Of a DNA stretch of 64,000 bases, positions 36,734 to 47,208 are shown piece after piece. The stretch comes from an uncultured bacterium (GTDB taxonomy: Bacteria; Bacteroidota; Bacteroidia; Bacteroidales; CAIXTV01): positions 91 through 64,090 of the forward strand of contig CAIXTV010000021.1 in assembly GCA_903922465.1 (NCBI GenBank), in the 5' to 3' direction. Position numbers and translations under genes: made by a program. The notes beneath the pieces are model-generated. The model worked only from the letters and a program-made list of their open reading frames with translations, made no database searches and was not told where the DNA came from. Position 1 is the first letter of the stretch; each line of letters opens with the position of its first letter.

Positions 36734-37465
36734 CTAGGATTGATTCGTTAAACACATCTTGAAATTCTCATAAACAATATAAGCTACTTTTTCTATAGAG
36801 ATGTCGTAGATTCGTGCTAACTCGAATAACGTGTTTCTAGTTAATAAAGGGGAGGATATTTGATTTCCTATTCGTGTAAATGGTCCATCTGACTCAATTA
36901 GCAGTCTTTGTAGTGGAATGTTTCTAATAATTTGAACTCCTTTATTAGATTTAGTCATTGAATAATTTACTGAAAAATAATATCCATTATTAATAGCCCT
37001 TTTTAATTGAAGGGTACTTCCAGAATACCAATGCAAAACAATAGTGCCTGGAAAATTGTCTCCAATTATATCGATAACATCTTTTTCAGATCTCCTAGAA
37101 TGAATAGTTGCTATTTTACCCCCTGAATCAAAACACTCTTTTATAATTGAAATAAATATTTTTTTTTGTAAGCCTTTGTCAATTTTACATGCATAGTCTA
37201 AACCTATCTCTCCAATATATCTTGTCAGTATGAGATATTCTTTAAATAATGCCAAGTCATTTGGTCGGTCATTTAAAACTTCAGGATGATACCCTAATGC
37301 TGGTCGAATATATTTTAATCCTTGAGTTAATTGATAAGTAAGTTTAAAAACTGAAGGCGCGTTTGTTACAGCTATTGTGTAAACTTTTTTTTCTTCAATA
37401 AGCTTAATAATTTCTTTAGGATTATCCCATAAATCTAAATGAAAATGAGTGTCAATCAAGTTCAT
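36734..37465 (-). CDS. qatD: QatD, TatD-family metal-dependent hydrolase
   Basis: MNLIDTHFHLD start typical of TatD. It is the last gene of a KAP / QatB / QueC-like / TatD four-gene unit. Confidence 0.85.
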   Translation of the reverse strand: MNLIDTHFHLDLWDNPKEIIKLIEEKKVYTIAVTNAPSVFKLTYQLTQGLKYIRPALGYHPEVLNDRPNDLALFKEYLILTRYIGEIGLDYACKIDKGLQKKIFISIIKECFDSGGKIATIHSRRSEKDVIDIIGDNFPGTIVLHWYSGSTLQLKRAINNGYYFSVNYSMTKSNKGVQIIRNIPLQRLLIESDGPFTRIGNQISSPLLTRNTLFELARIYDISIEKVAYIVYENFKMCLTNQS

Positions 37466-37467
37466 TA

Positions 37468-38808
37468 CTAAACTGTTTTTAATAAAAAATCACTAACCTC
37501 CTTCATTCCTCTTTTGTAAACATCAATGTATTTCGATAATTCTTCTGCATTTGAAGGAATAGAGCCTGACTTTAATAAATCAAAAATTAAAGGCTTTTTA
37601 TTTGAGGATAATCTTGAAAGTGCAATTTTAAAAGCGATTATGTCTCTTGATGATTTTTCATAAGAAATGAATCCTCCTGATAATACATCTCTAACATAAT
37701 TTCCATTAAAACAATCAATTGCAGCTTTTTTCATTGCGGCTCTTCTTATTATACAAGGAGTACAATGCCCACAATGTTTTTCTTTTTTATGAAACCGTTG
37801 AACATATAATCCGGCTTTAGAACAAGAAATTGTTTTAAGTGCATGTTTTTTGATAAAATCAATATTATTTGACTCGATAATCATTTCACCTTTTGTGCAG
37901 AATCGATATGGATTAATTAACTTATTATTTATTCCTAAAATTTCAAATAGAGCATTTATTTGTTCAATAAAGAATGGATGTGTTGTCTTTGTACTATGAC
38001 TACCATTTCTAGTTTTTGTTAAAGGAATATTCAAAGAGATTAATCCATTCTCGGGGATTATGATAGGAATCTCATTACTGTATGAATTTGCTACAGCTAA
38101 ACCTAAAGCGATAAATATTATAGACCTTGCTCTTTGTGAAGTTTCACCCAAACTATCTTTTTCTTTTAGCGCTTGTACATAAAAATAATTAGGGCTTATA
38201 GTGCTATCTGGATATTCCGTTTTCAATAAATCTATTAATTCTTTTTGCGAAGATAAATCTCCGCTATTTCCTCCTTTGTGATGACTTACAAATGCAATAC
38301 TATTTGTCCCATTTTGCAATAAATCAACTGCACCAATAAAAGAATCTAATCCACCTGACAATAAACAAACTTTTTCAATGTTATTTTCTATTCTATTAAA
38401 ATCATCATAGATAAATTCTCTTTTTCTAAAATATAATTCCCATTTATCACCACTTAGAAATGAAAGAAAGTTTTCAATATGAGTTTTTGATTTATTCCAT
38501 TTTTCAATATCTGCTACTGGTAAGTAAACCTTAAAATACCTGTTCCAGCTAAAATATCCAAAATATTCTCTTGATACCATCTGGTCAAAAACATATATCC
38601 CTAAACTTAGATTAATAAAATCAATAGCATTTTCAGAAGGAGACAATTTTTCTTTTGTAAGTTCAGACAATATGGAATAACTTACATATTTTTCCTCATG
38701 AAGGTTGTAGTTTCTATAAGACGAAAGGTAATGTACTTTATTTTTACTATTCTCCTCAATAGAAAAACTATCGTCTTTGTTTTCTTTTATAATTATGTTA
38801 AAAATCAT
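37468..38808 (-). CDS. qatC: QatC, QueC-like PP-loop ATPase
   Basis: PP-loop CLLSGGLDSFIGA and C-terminal Cys cluster CGHCTPCIIRR. Confidence 0.85.
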   Translation of the reverse strand: MIFNIIIKENKDDSFSIEENSKNKVHYLSSYRNYNLHEEKYVSYSILSELTKEKLSPSENAIDFINLSLGIYVFDQMVSREYFGYFSWNRYFKVYLPVADIEKWNKSKTHIENFLSFLSGDKWELYFRKREFIYDDFNRIENNIEKVCLLSGGLDSFIGAVDLLQNGTNSIAFVSHHKGGNSGDLSSQKELIDLLKTEYPDSTISPNYFYVQALKEKDSLGETSQRARSIIFIALGLAVANSYSNEIPIIIPENGLISLNIPLTKTRNGSHSTKTTHPFFIEQINALFEILGINNKLINPYRFCTKGEMIIESNNIDFIKKHALKTISCSKAGLYVQRFHKKEKHCGHCTPCIIRRAAMKKAAIDCFNGNYVRDVLSGGFISYEKSSRDIIAFKIALSRLSSNKKPLIFDLLKSGSIPSNAEELSKYIDVYKRGMKEVSDFLLKTV

Positions 38809-39641
38809 AATGCTTCAATTAGTGAGTATGCTTGAATAAAAATTTCATCCATTATTGCTTTGCCTGTATCAGAGCGATAATCAAAAGTTGTCAGGTTGTA
38901 ATCATCAAATTTTAGATTTACCGAAGATTGAATAAAATCGAAGGCATTCTTTTCTGCCTTTACAACATCAGCCGGGTTTATGTCCTTTTCCTCGATTTTA
39001 ATTCCTAATTCCTGTAGCCATCGTTCGTAGATATATGAAGTCAGGTAATACTCCAAGTAGGTTTCTGTTTGCTCCTCAGTTAAATTATCAAGAGCTTCGA
39101 TGGAGTTATTTTCAACGTCAAAATCTTCATAAATTTTTGCTAAAGCTTCAACAACTGCGTTTCTGGCAATAGTTTCTTCATCTGTTCCACCTCCAGATGA
39201 TAATACTTCGGCCAAATTATTGAAAATATGCTCAACACTATCCCCAGAGATCTTTCCAAAACCAAACTTTTCATATGTTTTATTAAGACCGTCATTTCTT
39301 ATATCATTTAAGAATGATATAAATTGGCCAGCAACAATTTTACCATGTCTTGCACTATTTGCAATGTTTCTTGCACCTCCTGATGCTTTTACATAAGCTT
39401 TAACAGCACGTTTAAAATTTACTTTAGATGGATTATTAGAAAAATTACCTAATGACCTTTTTGCACCAGACCAAGTACCTGTTAACGGAATTACGGTATT
39501 TTGATTGTCCTGATTTTGGTTTTCTGTATTATTATTTCCATCATTTGGATTAACAGAATTGTCATCCTTTTCATTGTCAATCCAATCTGGCAAAAGAGGT
39601 GTATTCCCTTTTGGTCCAGCATTTGAAGAAGAAGTTCCCAT
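38805..39641 (-). CDS. qatB: QatB
   Basis: A 278-aa protein with a low-complexity N/D/Q-rich N-terminus, between the KAP ATPase and the QueC-like gene. Assignment is by position in the conserved qatABCD order. Confidence 0.65.
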   Translation of the reverse strand: MGTSSSNAGPKGNTPLLPDWIDNEKDDNSVNPNDGNNNTENQNQDNQNTVIPLTGTWSGAKRSLGNFSNNPSKVNFKRAVKAYVKASGGARNIANSARHGKIVAGQFISFLNDIRNDGLNKTYEKFGFGKISGDSVEHIFNNLAEVLSSGGGTDEETIARNAVVEALAKIYEDFDVENNSIEALDNLTEEQTETYLEYYLTSYIYERWLQELGIKIEEKDINPADVVKAEKNAFDFIQSSVNLKFDDYNLTTFDYRSDTGKAIMDEIFIQAYSLIEAL

Positions 39642-39644
39642 ATA

Positions 39645-41525
39645 TTATATATTCTTTTTAGCAATAGCAGCAAGCATTTTATTTTCTGATTTTGACCATT
39701 TCGTAATAAGACTTTTTGTCGTTTCTGCGTATGTTGATTCTTTCGTTGCTTTAATTATTTCGGGTATGACAGCCGGCCCTATAACGATTGAAGACATGTT
39801 ATCTAAAAATGCAAGAAGTTCGGATAATAATTCCTTTTTATCCTCGGTCATTTGAATCAATGTTTTTAAATATGCATTGATTTTGGTTTCATTATCTTCT
39901 TGCTTAATTTTAGAACAAAGAGAGGAAAATATTGAAGCTGAATCGGCATTTGAAATTCCTTTAATCTCTTTCAAAGCCTTTCTAACGAAAGCAACACTTT
40001 CACTAACTAAGTTTTGATAAATTTCCTGTGCCTGCGAACTCATTCGAGAAGTTTCAGAGGTAATAACACCTAGAACATCTCTGGAAAAATAGAAATATGG
40101 TCTTAGATCAATGTCACTTAATTTAGGCTCTATTTCAAACCATTTATTAAACCATTTTTCAGCGATTAATAATTTCACATCCAATTTTGAATCTTTACTT
40201 GCTTTTGCCGATTTATCTTTAATAAGGGTTTCGGCATATTTAATTTCTTTTGGACAGCCTTCTTGCTCTGCTTGAATACCCGAAAGCGTTCTAAATGTTT
40301 CCGGTTTAAAGTACTCTAGCAGCATTAATTTTGCCAATACTTTTTTCTGTATCTCCACTCCTTTGCTTTTTGCCATTTGCAATCTTAGCAAAAGCATGTT
40401 TAAAAAACGCTTACATTGTCTAGGATTTCCGTTTAATCCTACTGTTAAAAGATGTGTTATCTGTCCTGATAAAATTAAATCTTCTTTGAGTTTTTCTGGT
40501 ACTGATTCGTCTTTAATAAATTTAGAAATAGTATCGCTATTTATTACAGAGGAAAAAAGTTCTTTCCTTTTATTTTTCATTACCTGACTCCGTAGGCTTT
40601 CAAATTCTTCTGAATCGATACTCAGTTTGCAAAATAAAAGATTAATGTATGTTTCCATTTCAAGATTATCCATAGGTGGTATCCGTATTGGATATTGAAT
40701 TAATTTTTCAAGATAATCCCTGCCAACTTCAGCATTTGCTCCTTGAATTTCAGGAAACCGTTTCCTTACAGCATACTTGATAAGCCTATCATCCGCACAT
40801 ATCACAAAAGTTGATTTTGGCACAAACAAAAAAAGTTTTATCGCTTCTAAAGTTGAGATAACAGTATCAGGTGTACAACGGTCTAGGTCATCAATAAAAA
40901 CAATCAATCTGTTTATTTTAGTTTCGCTTAATAAACTTTCAAAGTTTTGATGAAATTCGCGTATACCTGTTTGAAAAGTATTATTAGTATTTTCTGATTT
41001 TTTAATGCAATCTATCAGTTTGTCATACTCTCCATCACTAAAATTATCAGCCAATTCAGCAATATTGCCTTTAATTGTATCTTTATCAACATTAAGCAAA
41101 TCTTTTATCCCTAAAGCAATGTTCCCTATGCCACCTGTGAGTAAATATGCTGCTCCATGAGTTGCGGCTGATTTAGCAATCTTCATCCAGTCTATCTGCT
41201 TATAAAGTTTAATTGCAATTTTCTTTGCCTTTGCTGAAAAAGTTTTTTTCTTTATTATTTCTTCTAAAATTGTTCTGATTAGAACAGACTTTGCATCATC
41301 ATAACCTTCAAAAAGCCAACCATTAAATTTAATTGTAAGAACATCAGTTTTATCTTTGTAACTTTCTTCAATCATTCTTAATAGACTTGATTTTCCACTT
41401 CCCCAATCACCATAAAAACCAATAGTGCATGGAACCAGATTATCATTATTTATAATACTAATTGTAGTATCAACCAAATGAGAAAAATCTATCAAATCGA
41501 TATTTGTATCGTTATCGTTCCACAT
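39645..41525 (-). CDS. qatA: QatA, KAP-family P-loop NTPase
   Basis: Walker A is GFYGDWGSGKSS. The KAP-type Walker B is LIVFIDDLDRC. Confidence 0.85.
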   Translation of the reverse strand: MWNDNDTNIDLIDFSHLVDTTISIINNDNLVPCTIGFYGDWGSGKSSLLRMIEESYKDKTDVLTIKFNGWLFEGYDDAKSVLIRTILEEIIKKKTFSAKAKKIAIKLYKQIDWMKIAKSAATHGAAYLLTGGIGNIALGIKDLLNVDKDTIKGNIAELADNFSDGEYDKLIDCIKKSENTNNTFQTGIREFHQNFESLLSETKINRLIVFIDDLDRCTPDTVISTLEAIKLFLFVPKSTFVICADDRLIKYAVRKRFPEIQGANAEVGRDYLEKLIQYPIRIPPMDNLEMETYINLLFCKLSIDSEEFESLRSQVMKNKRKELFSSVINSDTISKFIKDESVPEKLKEDLILSGQITHLLTVGLNGNPRQCKRFLNMLLLRLQMAKSKGVEIQKKVLAKLMLLEYFKPETFRTLSGIQAEQEGCPKEIKYAETLIKDKSAKASKDSKLDVKLLIAEKWFNKWFEIEPKLSDIDLRPYFYFSRDVLGVITSETSRMSSQAQEIYQNLVSESVAFVRKALKEIKGISNADSASIFSSLCSKIKQEDNETKINAYLKTLIQMTEDKKELLSELLAFLDNMSSIVIGPAVIPEIIKATKESTYAETTKSLITKWSKSENKMLAAIAKKNI

Positions 41526-41748
41526 AGTTTTAAAATTTCAAATTTATATTGTATATATTATAAGGTAATTGATATTGTTTTTTTGTATAAAAGGACCATA
41601 TTGAAGTTGCTGATTCTTTATGGGCTTGTTGCATTGAAAATTTTCCACAAATTTATAAAATTTATTTTAGTTGAGCCATATAATTTTATCCTTTTTTTCG
41701 AGGTCAAAAAACCAAATAAAAAATGGCATATGCATATCAAATAAGGAA

Positions 41749-44436
41749 TTATATAATGTTAAGTTTTTCTCCTCTTTTTTCGAATGCTTCTTTTCCACCT
41801 TCAAGTTTCAATAATTCTTCTCTATTTGTAGTATCCTCAATTGTCGTTTCGATTAATTCAGTTTGTCCAGATTCATTTTTTAATATAAAAATTTTCTCTG
41901 CATCACCATTTATTACAAAATTAGCGTTGTGTGTAGCAAATATAATTTGACGATCTGACTTTTTCTCTTTAAGTAAAGGCACAAGATAATTTGCAATCAA
42001 TGAGCTATCAAGATGTGCTTCGGGTTCGTCTATAATAAGCGGATAATTGCCAAACAAAAGCAAAATGACAACAACTGCAGTGCATCTTTGTCCAAAAGAG
42101 GCTTGCTCAACATCTTTGTTGTCGTATTTGACCCGAATTATTTTGTTTGTTTTTACATCAAACAAATGCTTATCCCTGATTACCTGAAATATCATAAAAT
42201 TCTTTTCGTCTTTGAATACTTCATCGAAAAACCTGATGTATTTTTTATCGCCTTTTTGTGAATTCTGTAAAAGCTGTGATATATCAACAAATGAATTTTT
42301 TGCAAAAGTTTGCTCGTTTTCGATTATAAAGTCACAAACTTCTTTGCTTCTTTCTGAATCACCATATTTTTCTTTAAATTTGTTGTAAAATTCATTTGCT
42401 AATGCGATCCAAGCATTTTTTTTGTCAAACGAATATTCCAAAGAAATTTGCTTAATATCTTTACCTCTGTTGTCATCAAACTGTTTTTTTAGTAAATTTT
42501 GCAGAGGCATTAATATTTCAGTTATTTTATCTTCATAATTCTGTTTATCCGTATTTAGTTCATTAACAACACTATTATGCGTTGCCATTATTTTCCTTTT
42601 TGATTCTATTTGACCAATTATATTTTTTATTTCACCATCTAAATTCGTAATTTTTTGTGGTGCAGATTTAATTTGTTCAACACTCTCAGGTGTATACCCA
42701 GCTTTTTGAACCAATATCATAGCCTCATTTTCTAGATCGTTTAAGGCTTTTTGGATTGTTGCTTCTTTTTCGGTTTCCTTAATGAATTTTTCTTCCTTCA
42801 ATAACTCAATGGCTTCTCCAATCTTAATTACAGCAAGGTTATAAGCTTTTTCGTATTCTGTTTTTTCATTTTTATCAGTAAGGTCATCCGATTCAGATTC
42901 TGGAAGCAACTTTGATAATAAATCTTTCAGTTTAGAAATATTGTCTTTCCAATCTAATAATTTTTGTAATTCTTTCGATTTATCAGTAATACCAGAAATT
43001 GTTTCATTGTACTCTTTACTTGATAAAACTTTGACACTACTTTCAAGGGTTCTTTTTTCTTTTTCTTTTGTTTCCTTTGTGTATTCAAGTGTTTTTAAAT
43101 CTGAAACAGCTAGAATAATTTGATTAAGCTTCTCTTTTAATGTTTCAATTACATCTTCATATTCTTTCAAAATATTACCAGCATGAGCGTTAGCTCTATT
43201 GTAAATTGCCTGTGTAAATTTTGATTTGTCTTTTGCAAAGGTCTCTATTTCACTTTGCGCCAAGAACTCAAATATTTCCGTTCCTGAGAAAGAAAAGACA
43301 TTTTTATCATTTAGATCAAAAGATGGAGCTAAATCCTTCCAGAATTTTTTCGGTGAATCAGGATTACTAGAGGATAAACCTAAAAAATTTAAAATTGTAC
43401 TTTTCCCCGAACCTCTTCCACCAATAAAGCAATTGAAATATGGACTTAAATCGTAAGATTTATTATTGCCAGCAAAACAAAATTTGTCTAAACCAACTTT
43501 TGCGTCAGCTGGTATTTTTAAATTAATCGCATTAATCGTATTTATTGGTTTTTTAGGTTTTTCTTCACCAATATAAATTCTCGTTTCAGGTTCGTAAACA
43601 ATTTGTTTCAAACCCTCAAATGTAGGTTCAGCTTTGATCCAACAATATTTTTCAATCGGGTTAGAATCTTTATCCTTGAGTTTTCCGAGAGGATACTCTT
43701 GAGAATGTGAATCACTTCCTTTTATACAAACCTTTTTTCGTAAAAACCATTTCTTGAAGTCATCATGAGTAAATTTGGGTGTTCCGTCAGATTTTAAATC
43801 TGATTTCCATAAGAAAAAATCAATTTGTTTTTGTCTGGATGAACCAAGAATATCTGCCATTTTAATAAAATTACTTTTAATCCATCCATCTGAAATAGGA
43901 TCAATTTCATCAATGCCACCATATTCATCATAAGGAAGCCACAATAAATATTTTTCCTTAAATTTTACGTCTTTTAGCTCATTTAGTAGAAATTCAAGAG
44001 ATATTTTTTTATCTTTCAGTTTGGTTTTATCGTCATAGTCTGTACTAATTATAGTCCCATTGCTTTTAAGCCCTTTTATAAGATTTTCAATGTCTGCAAT
44101 ATTAATTTCATTATCAAATATTATATGAAAATTGAAATGTATTGCACTATTTGTTTTTGTATTTTTATTCTGTACACTTTCAGTCATTCGAAATTCAACA
44201 ACAGGCAGTATTTTTTTATCCCCAATATTCAGTTCCCCTCTTTCAATTTTTTCTTTGATTTGTTTATAGCCTGCAACTGTAAAATAATCATTTATTCCGA
44301 TAACATCACAATTAGCATCTTTTAGTTGTGTTTCAAATTGTTCAAAAGTACCAGAAAAGCCATCAGATGCAGGGCTATGAATATGCAAATCCCATTTTCT
44401 CCATTCTGATCCTCTTGAATATTTTATGTTATTCAT
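41749..44436 (-). CDS. PHP-domain phosphoesterase fused to a Rad50/SMC-like ABC ATPase with a long coiled-coil insert
   Basis: N-terminal PHP motifs are WRKWDLHIHSPASD and IKGSDSH. Walker A is FIGGRGSGKST (about aa 339). A ~300-aa K/E-rich coiled coil follows. The signature-like motif is ASFGQRC, Walker B is LIIDEPEAHLD, and the H-loop is FATHNAN. Confidence 0.75.
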   Translation of the reverse strand: MNNIKYSRGSEWRKWDLHIHSPASDGFSGTFEQFETQLKDANCDVIGINDYFTVAGYKQIKEKIERGELNIGDKKILPVVEFRMTESVQNKNTKTNSAIHFNFHIIFDNEINIADIENLIKGLKSNGTIISTDYDDKTKLKDKKISLEFLLNELKDVKFKEKYLLWLPYDEYGGIDEIDPISDGWIKSNFIKMADILGSSRQKQIDFFLWKSDLKSDGTPKFTHDDFKKWFLRKKVCIKGSDSHSQEYPLGKLKDKDSNPIEKYCWIKAEPTFEGLKQIVYEPETRIYIGEEKPKKPINTINAINLKIPADAKVGLDKFCFAGNNKSYDLSPYFNCFIGGRGSGKSTILNFLGLSSSNPDSPKKFWKDLAPSFDLNDKNVFSFSGTEIFEFLAQSEIETFAKDKSKFTQAIYNRANAHAGNILKEYEDVIETLKEKLNQIILAVSDLKTLEYTKETKEKEKRTLESSVKVLSSKEYNETISGITDKSKELQKLLDWKDNISKLKDLLSKLLPESESDDLTDKNEKTEYEKAYNLAVIKIGEAIELLKEEKFIKETEKEATIQKALNDLENEAMILVQKAGYTPESVEQIKSAPQKITNLDGEIKNIIGQIESKRKIMATHNSVVNELNTDKQNYEDKITEILMPLQNLLKKQFDDNRGKDIKQISLEYSFDKKNAWIALANEFYNKFKEKYGDSERSKEVCDFIIENEQTFAKNSFVDISQLLQNSQKGDKKYIRFFDEVFKDEKNFMIFQVIRDKHLFDVKTNKIIRVKYDNKDVEQASFGQRCTAVVVILLLFGNYPLIIDEPEAHLDSSLIANYLVPLLKEKKSDRQIIFATHNANFVINGDAEKIFILKNESGQTELIETTIEDTTNREELLKLEGGKEAFEKRGEKLNII

Positions 44437-44446
44437 AATTTTATCT

Positions 44447-45640
44447 TTATAATTCTAATTTAGTCTGAATATCATTTTTTTCAATAATATTCAACTCCCC
44501 TTTAAATGCCCTTTGGCTTAAACTACCAAACAAATTTTCCAATTCCTGTAAACTGTTTTTGTATGAGTCTTTAAGTGTTTCATTTTTTATTACAATAGTG
44601 GCAAATTGATTCTGAAGTTCAACAGGTGGTAGTTTAATTTTTATCTTTTTAATTATTGTTAAGTTTAGTCCATCCATTATTGCACCTTTCACCTTATTGC
44701 TCATTTGTCTGATAATTAAAGGATGGCTATGGAATGCATAAGCGATAAAATATGGATTTGCGATTTTCTTGTCTAATGTAATGGCAGCTAAATGCTTTGA
44801 ATTTATACAAATAGGAATATTGTCTGGTACAACTGCAGTTCTCCCAAGCGTTGCCATTATCGAGATTAAAACATCATTTGGGTAAACTTGGTATCTTTTA
44901 AGTTCTTGAAATTTTTCAAATGTTATACATCTACTTCTTTTCCAATCAAACTTATTTGTAACAACATTGTCAATTCCTAAAACCTTTACATCACCTGATT
45001 CTGTAAATTCACTATGAAGTAAACTACTCCCAAATGGACCAGTTCTCATACTTCCTTTTTTCTTATCTGCAAATTCTTCGAATTTTACCTCATCCCATTT
45101 AATAGTTTCTGGATTTGAATAAAACATTTCCAAAAAAGTACTTTTCAAAAATTGATCAAGCATAGAAATGCCTTGTCTGCGTAATTCGATAAGTATTTCG
45201 GCTTTGCTTAAAATATTAGCTATTTTGATTTGATCTATAAAAGGGACTGATGGAATTTCTAATTGTTCCAAAGATTTTCTATTAATATGCTGAATGGTTG
45301 CACCTGTGGATTTTCTTTTCAGGAATACGGATTTTGTTTGTAGAAATTTATAGATAAAAAAAGGCGAAAACTCTTTCGGGTTTTTCACCCTTACCCGAAC
45401 AATCGTGCTCCCAACATATCCTTTTTTCCCAAAGCCCATTTGTCCAACAGAACCGTCCCAAACAACGAGTATGTCATTTTCATTTGTTAAAACTCCTTCA
45501 GTATCCAAAGTGTATTGTGGCTTGTTCTCATTCCTAAAATCGTTTGCTTGAAATACTCGAGTAGCACCTTCCTTAAATTCATCAAGTAAGTCATACCCTT
45601 TTCCTTTCTCTATTGATACAATATCTTTTAAAATAGTCAT
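44447..45640 (-). CDS. hsdS: Type I restriction-modification specificity subunit HsdS
   Basis: 397 aa with two target-recognition halves separated by conserved helices (ILSKAEILIELRRQ... and LQELENLFGSLSQRAFKGEL). It overlaps hsdM by 4 nt. Confidence 0.85.
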   Translation of the reverse strand: MTILKDIVSIEKGKGYDLLDEFKEGATRVFQANDFRNENKPQYTLDTEGVLTNENDILVVWDGSVGQMGFGKKGYVGSTIVRVRVKNPKEFSPFFIYKFLQTKSVFLKRKSTGATIQHINRKSLEQLEIPSVPFIDQIKIANILSKAEILIELRRQGISMLDQFLKSTFLEMFYSNPETIKWDEVKFEEFADKKKGSMRTGPFGSSLLHSEFTESGDVKVLGIDNVVTNKFDWKRSRCITFEKFQELKRYQVYPNDVLISIMATLGRTAVVPDNIPICINSKHLAAITLDKKIANPYFIAYAFHSHPLIIRQMSNKVKGAIMDGLNLTIIKKIKIKLPPVELQNQFATIVIKNETLKDSYKNSLQELENLFGSLSQRAFKGELNIIEKNDIQTKLEL

Positions 45641-47205
45641 TGGATCAAAGGTTTTATTTCTTCTAAAGCAGACTGGATACTACCTTCAATCTTTACTAAT
45701 TTCCCGAAAATCTCTTTTGGTTTTTCGTAAATTACTTCTTCATATTCTTCTACTTTATATGTACTTAAATTCAAATCATAATCATTTTCTACAATTTCCT
45801 TTTTACCAACAAAGAAATATTTGTTTTTTCTATCAGTATCTGTTTTATCGTTTCTTATTTTATATTTCTGAACAATATCAGGCAAATCACTTTCGTTAAT
45901 TTTACTTCGTTTATCATCTAAAGTATATCCGTCAGCTTTCATGTCGTAAAACCAGACATTAGTTGTTTCACCACCTTTTGTAAAAATCAAAATAGCAGTG
46001 CTTACACCTGCATAAGGTTTAAAAACTCCACTTGGCATTGCTATAACTGCTTTTAATTCTGACTTTTCAACTAATAATTTCCTTAATGCTTCAAATGCTT
46101 TACCGGAATTTTGAATTACGCCTGAAGGTACAATAACTGCAGAAGTTCCACCTACTTTTAGCATATTAAAAATACGTTCTACAAAAAGCAATTCTGTTTT
46201 TGTAGTTGGTAATTTTAACCCTTCGTTTATATCGCCTTTGTCAATATTACCAGTGAATGGAGGATTTGCCATTATAATATCGTACAGATTATCCTCATTG
46301 AAACTTTTACTGAGTGTGTCTTTATAATCAATTCGAGGTTCATCAATACCGTGCATCATTAGGTTCATCAAACCTAAGCGGACCATTGTAGTGTCAATGT
46401 CAAAACCAAACATGCTTTGCTCTAACATTTTCTTTACCTTATCTGTAAGTATCGCACTCATGGTTGCACGTTCAAAACCATCTTCGTCTTTTATTAATTT
46501 TGATGGGTCGGTTTTACGCACCAAATCAGTTAGAATATATTGATAATATCCTAAAATAAAACCACCCGTGCCACTACTGGGATCTGCCATTCGCTGACCT
46601 AATTGTGGTGCAACCAATTCAGACATAAGTTTAATTATATGTCTTGGAGTTCTGAATTGCCCGTTCTTTCCTGCTGTTGCGATTGCACCTAAGAGCATTT
46701 CATAAACATCACCTTGAATATCTTGGAATGCTTGACCTCCTTCAGTTGCATCTTTTTCAATTTCAGTAAATAATTGCTCAATTATATTTATTGCTTCTAC
46801 CAATAAAGAAGCTTTAGGCATAATGAAAACTGCATTTGCCATATGTTTAGTAAATGGGGAAGTGTCCCCGTTCAATTCTTTTAGAAATGGAAAGACTTTG
46901 GTTTGCACGTGTAATAACATTTCATCGGCAGGTCTACGTTTAAAATTACTCCAACGCAATTCATTTTTATCCACTTCTTCATTACTTCCGGGTGTTTTAA
47001 ATTTACCGCTAAATCGTGATGTGTATTTTTCACCAGTGAATTCAGCATCTCGCTCACGTTTGGTTTCTAAATCATCCAAACGTTTCATGAAAATTAAATA
47101 AGTTATTTGTTCAATTGCTGTAAGTGGATTTGCAATTCCCCCACTCCAAAAATTGTTCCAGAGCTTTTCTATAAGAGATTTTATTTTTGAGTTATTTTGT
47201 AGCAT
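45637..47205 (-). CDS. hsdM: Type I restriction-modification N6-adenine DNA methyltransferase HsdM
   Basis: Motif I is ADPSSGTGGF. The catalytic motif is IIMANPPFTG. Confidence 0.92.
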   Translation of the reverse strand: MLQNNSKIKSLIEKLWNNFWSGGIANPLTAIEQITYLIFMKRLDDLETKRERDAEFTGEKYTSRFSGKFKTPGSNEEVDKNELRWSNFKRRPADEMLLHVQTKVFPFLKELNGDTSPFTKHMANAVFIMPKASLLVEAINIIEQLFTEIEKDATEGGQAFQDIQGDVYEMLLGAIATAGKNGQFRTPRHIIKLMSELVAPQLGQRMADPSSGTGGFILGYYQYILTDLVRKTDPSKLIKDEDGFERATMSAILTDKVKKMLEQSMFGFDIDTTMVRLGLMNLMMHGIDEPRIDYKDTLSKSFNEDNLYDIIMANPPFTGNIDKGDINEGLKLPTTKTELLFVERIFNMLKVGGTSAVIVPSGVIQNSGKAFEALRKLLVEKSELKAVIAMPSGVFKPYAGVSTAILIFTKGGETTNVWFYDMKADGYTLDDKRSKINESDLPDIVQKYKIRNDKTDTDRKNKYFFVGKKEIVENDYDLNLSTYKVEEYEEVIYEKPKEIFGKLVKIEGSIQSALEEIKPLIQ

Positions 47206-47208
47206 TAT

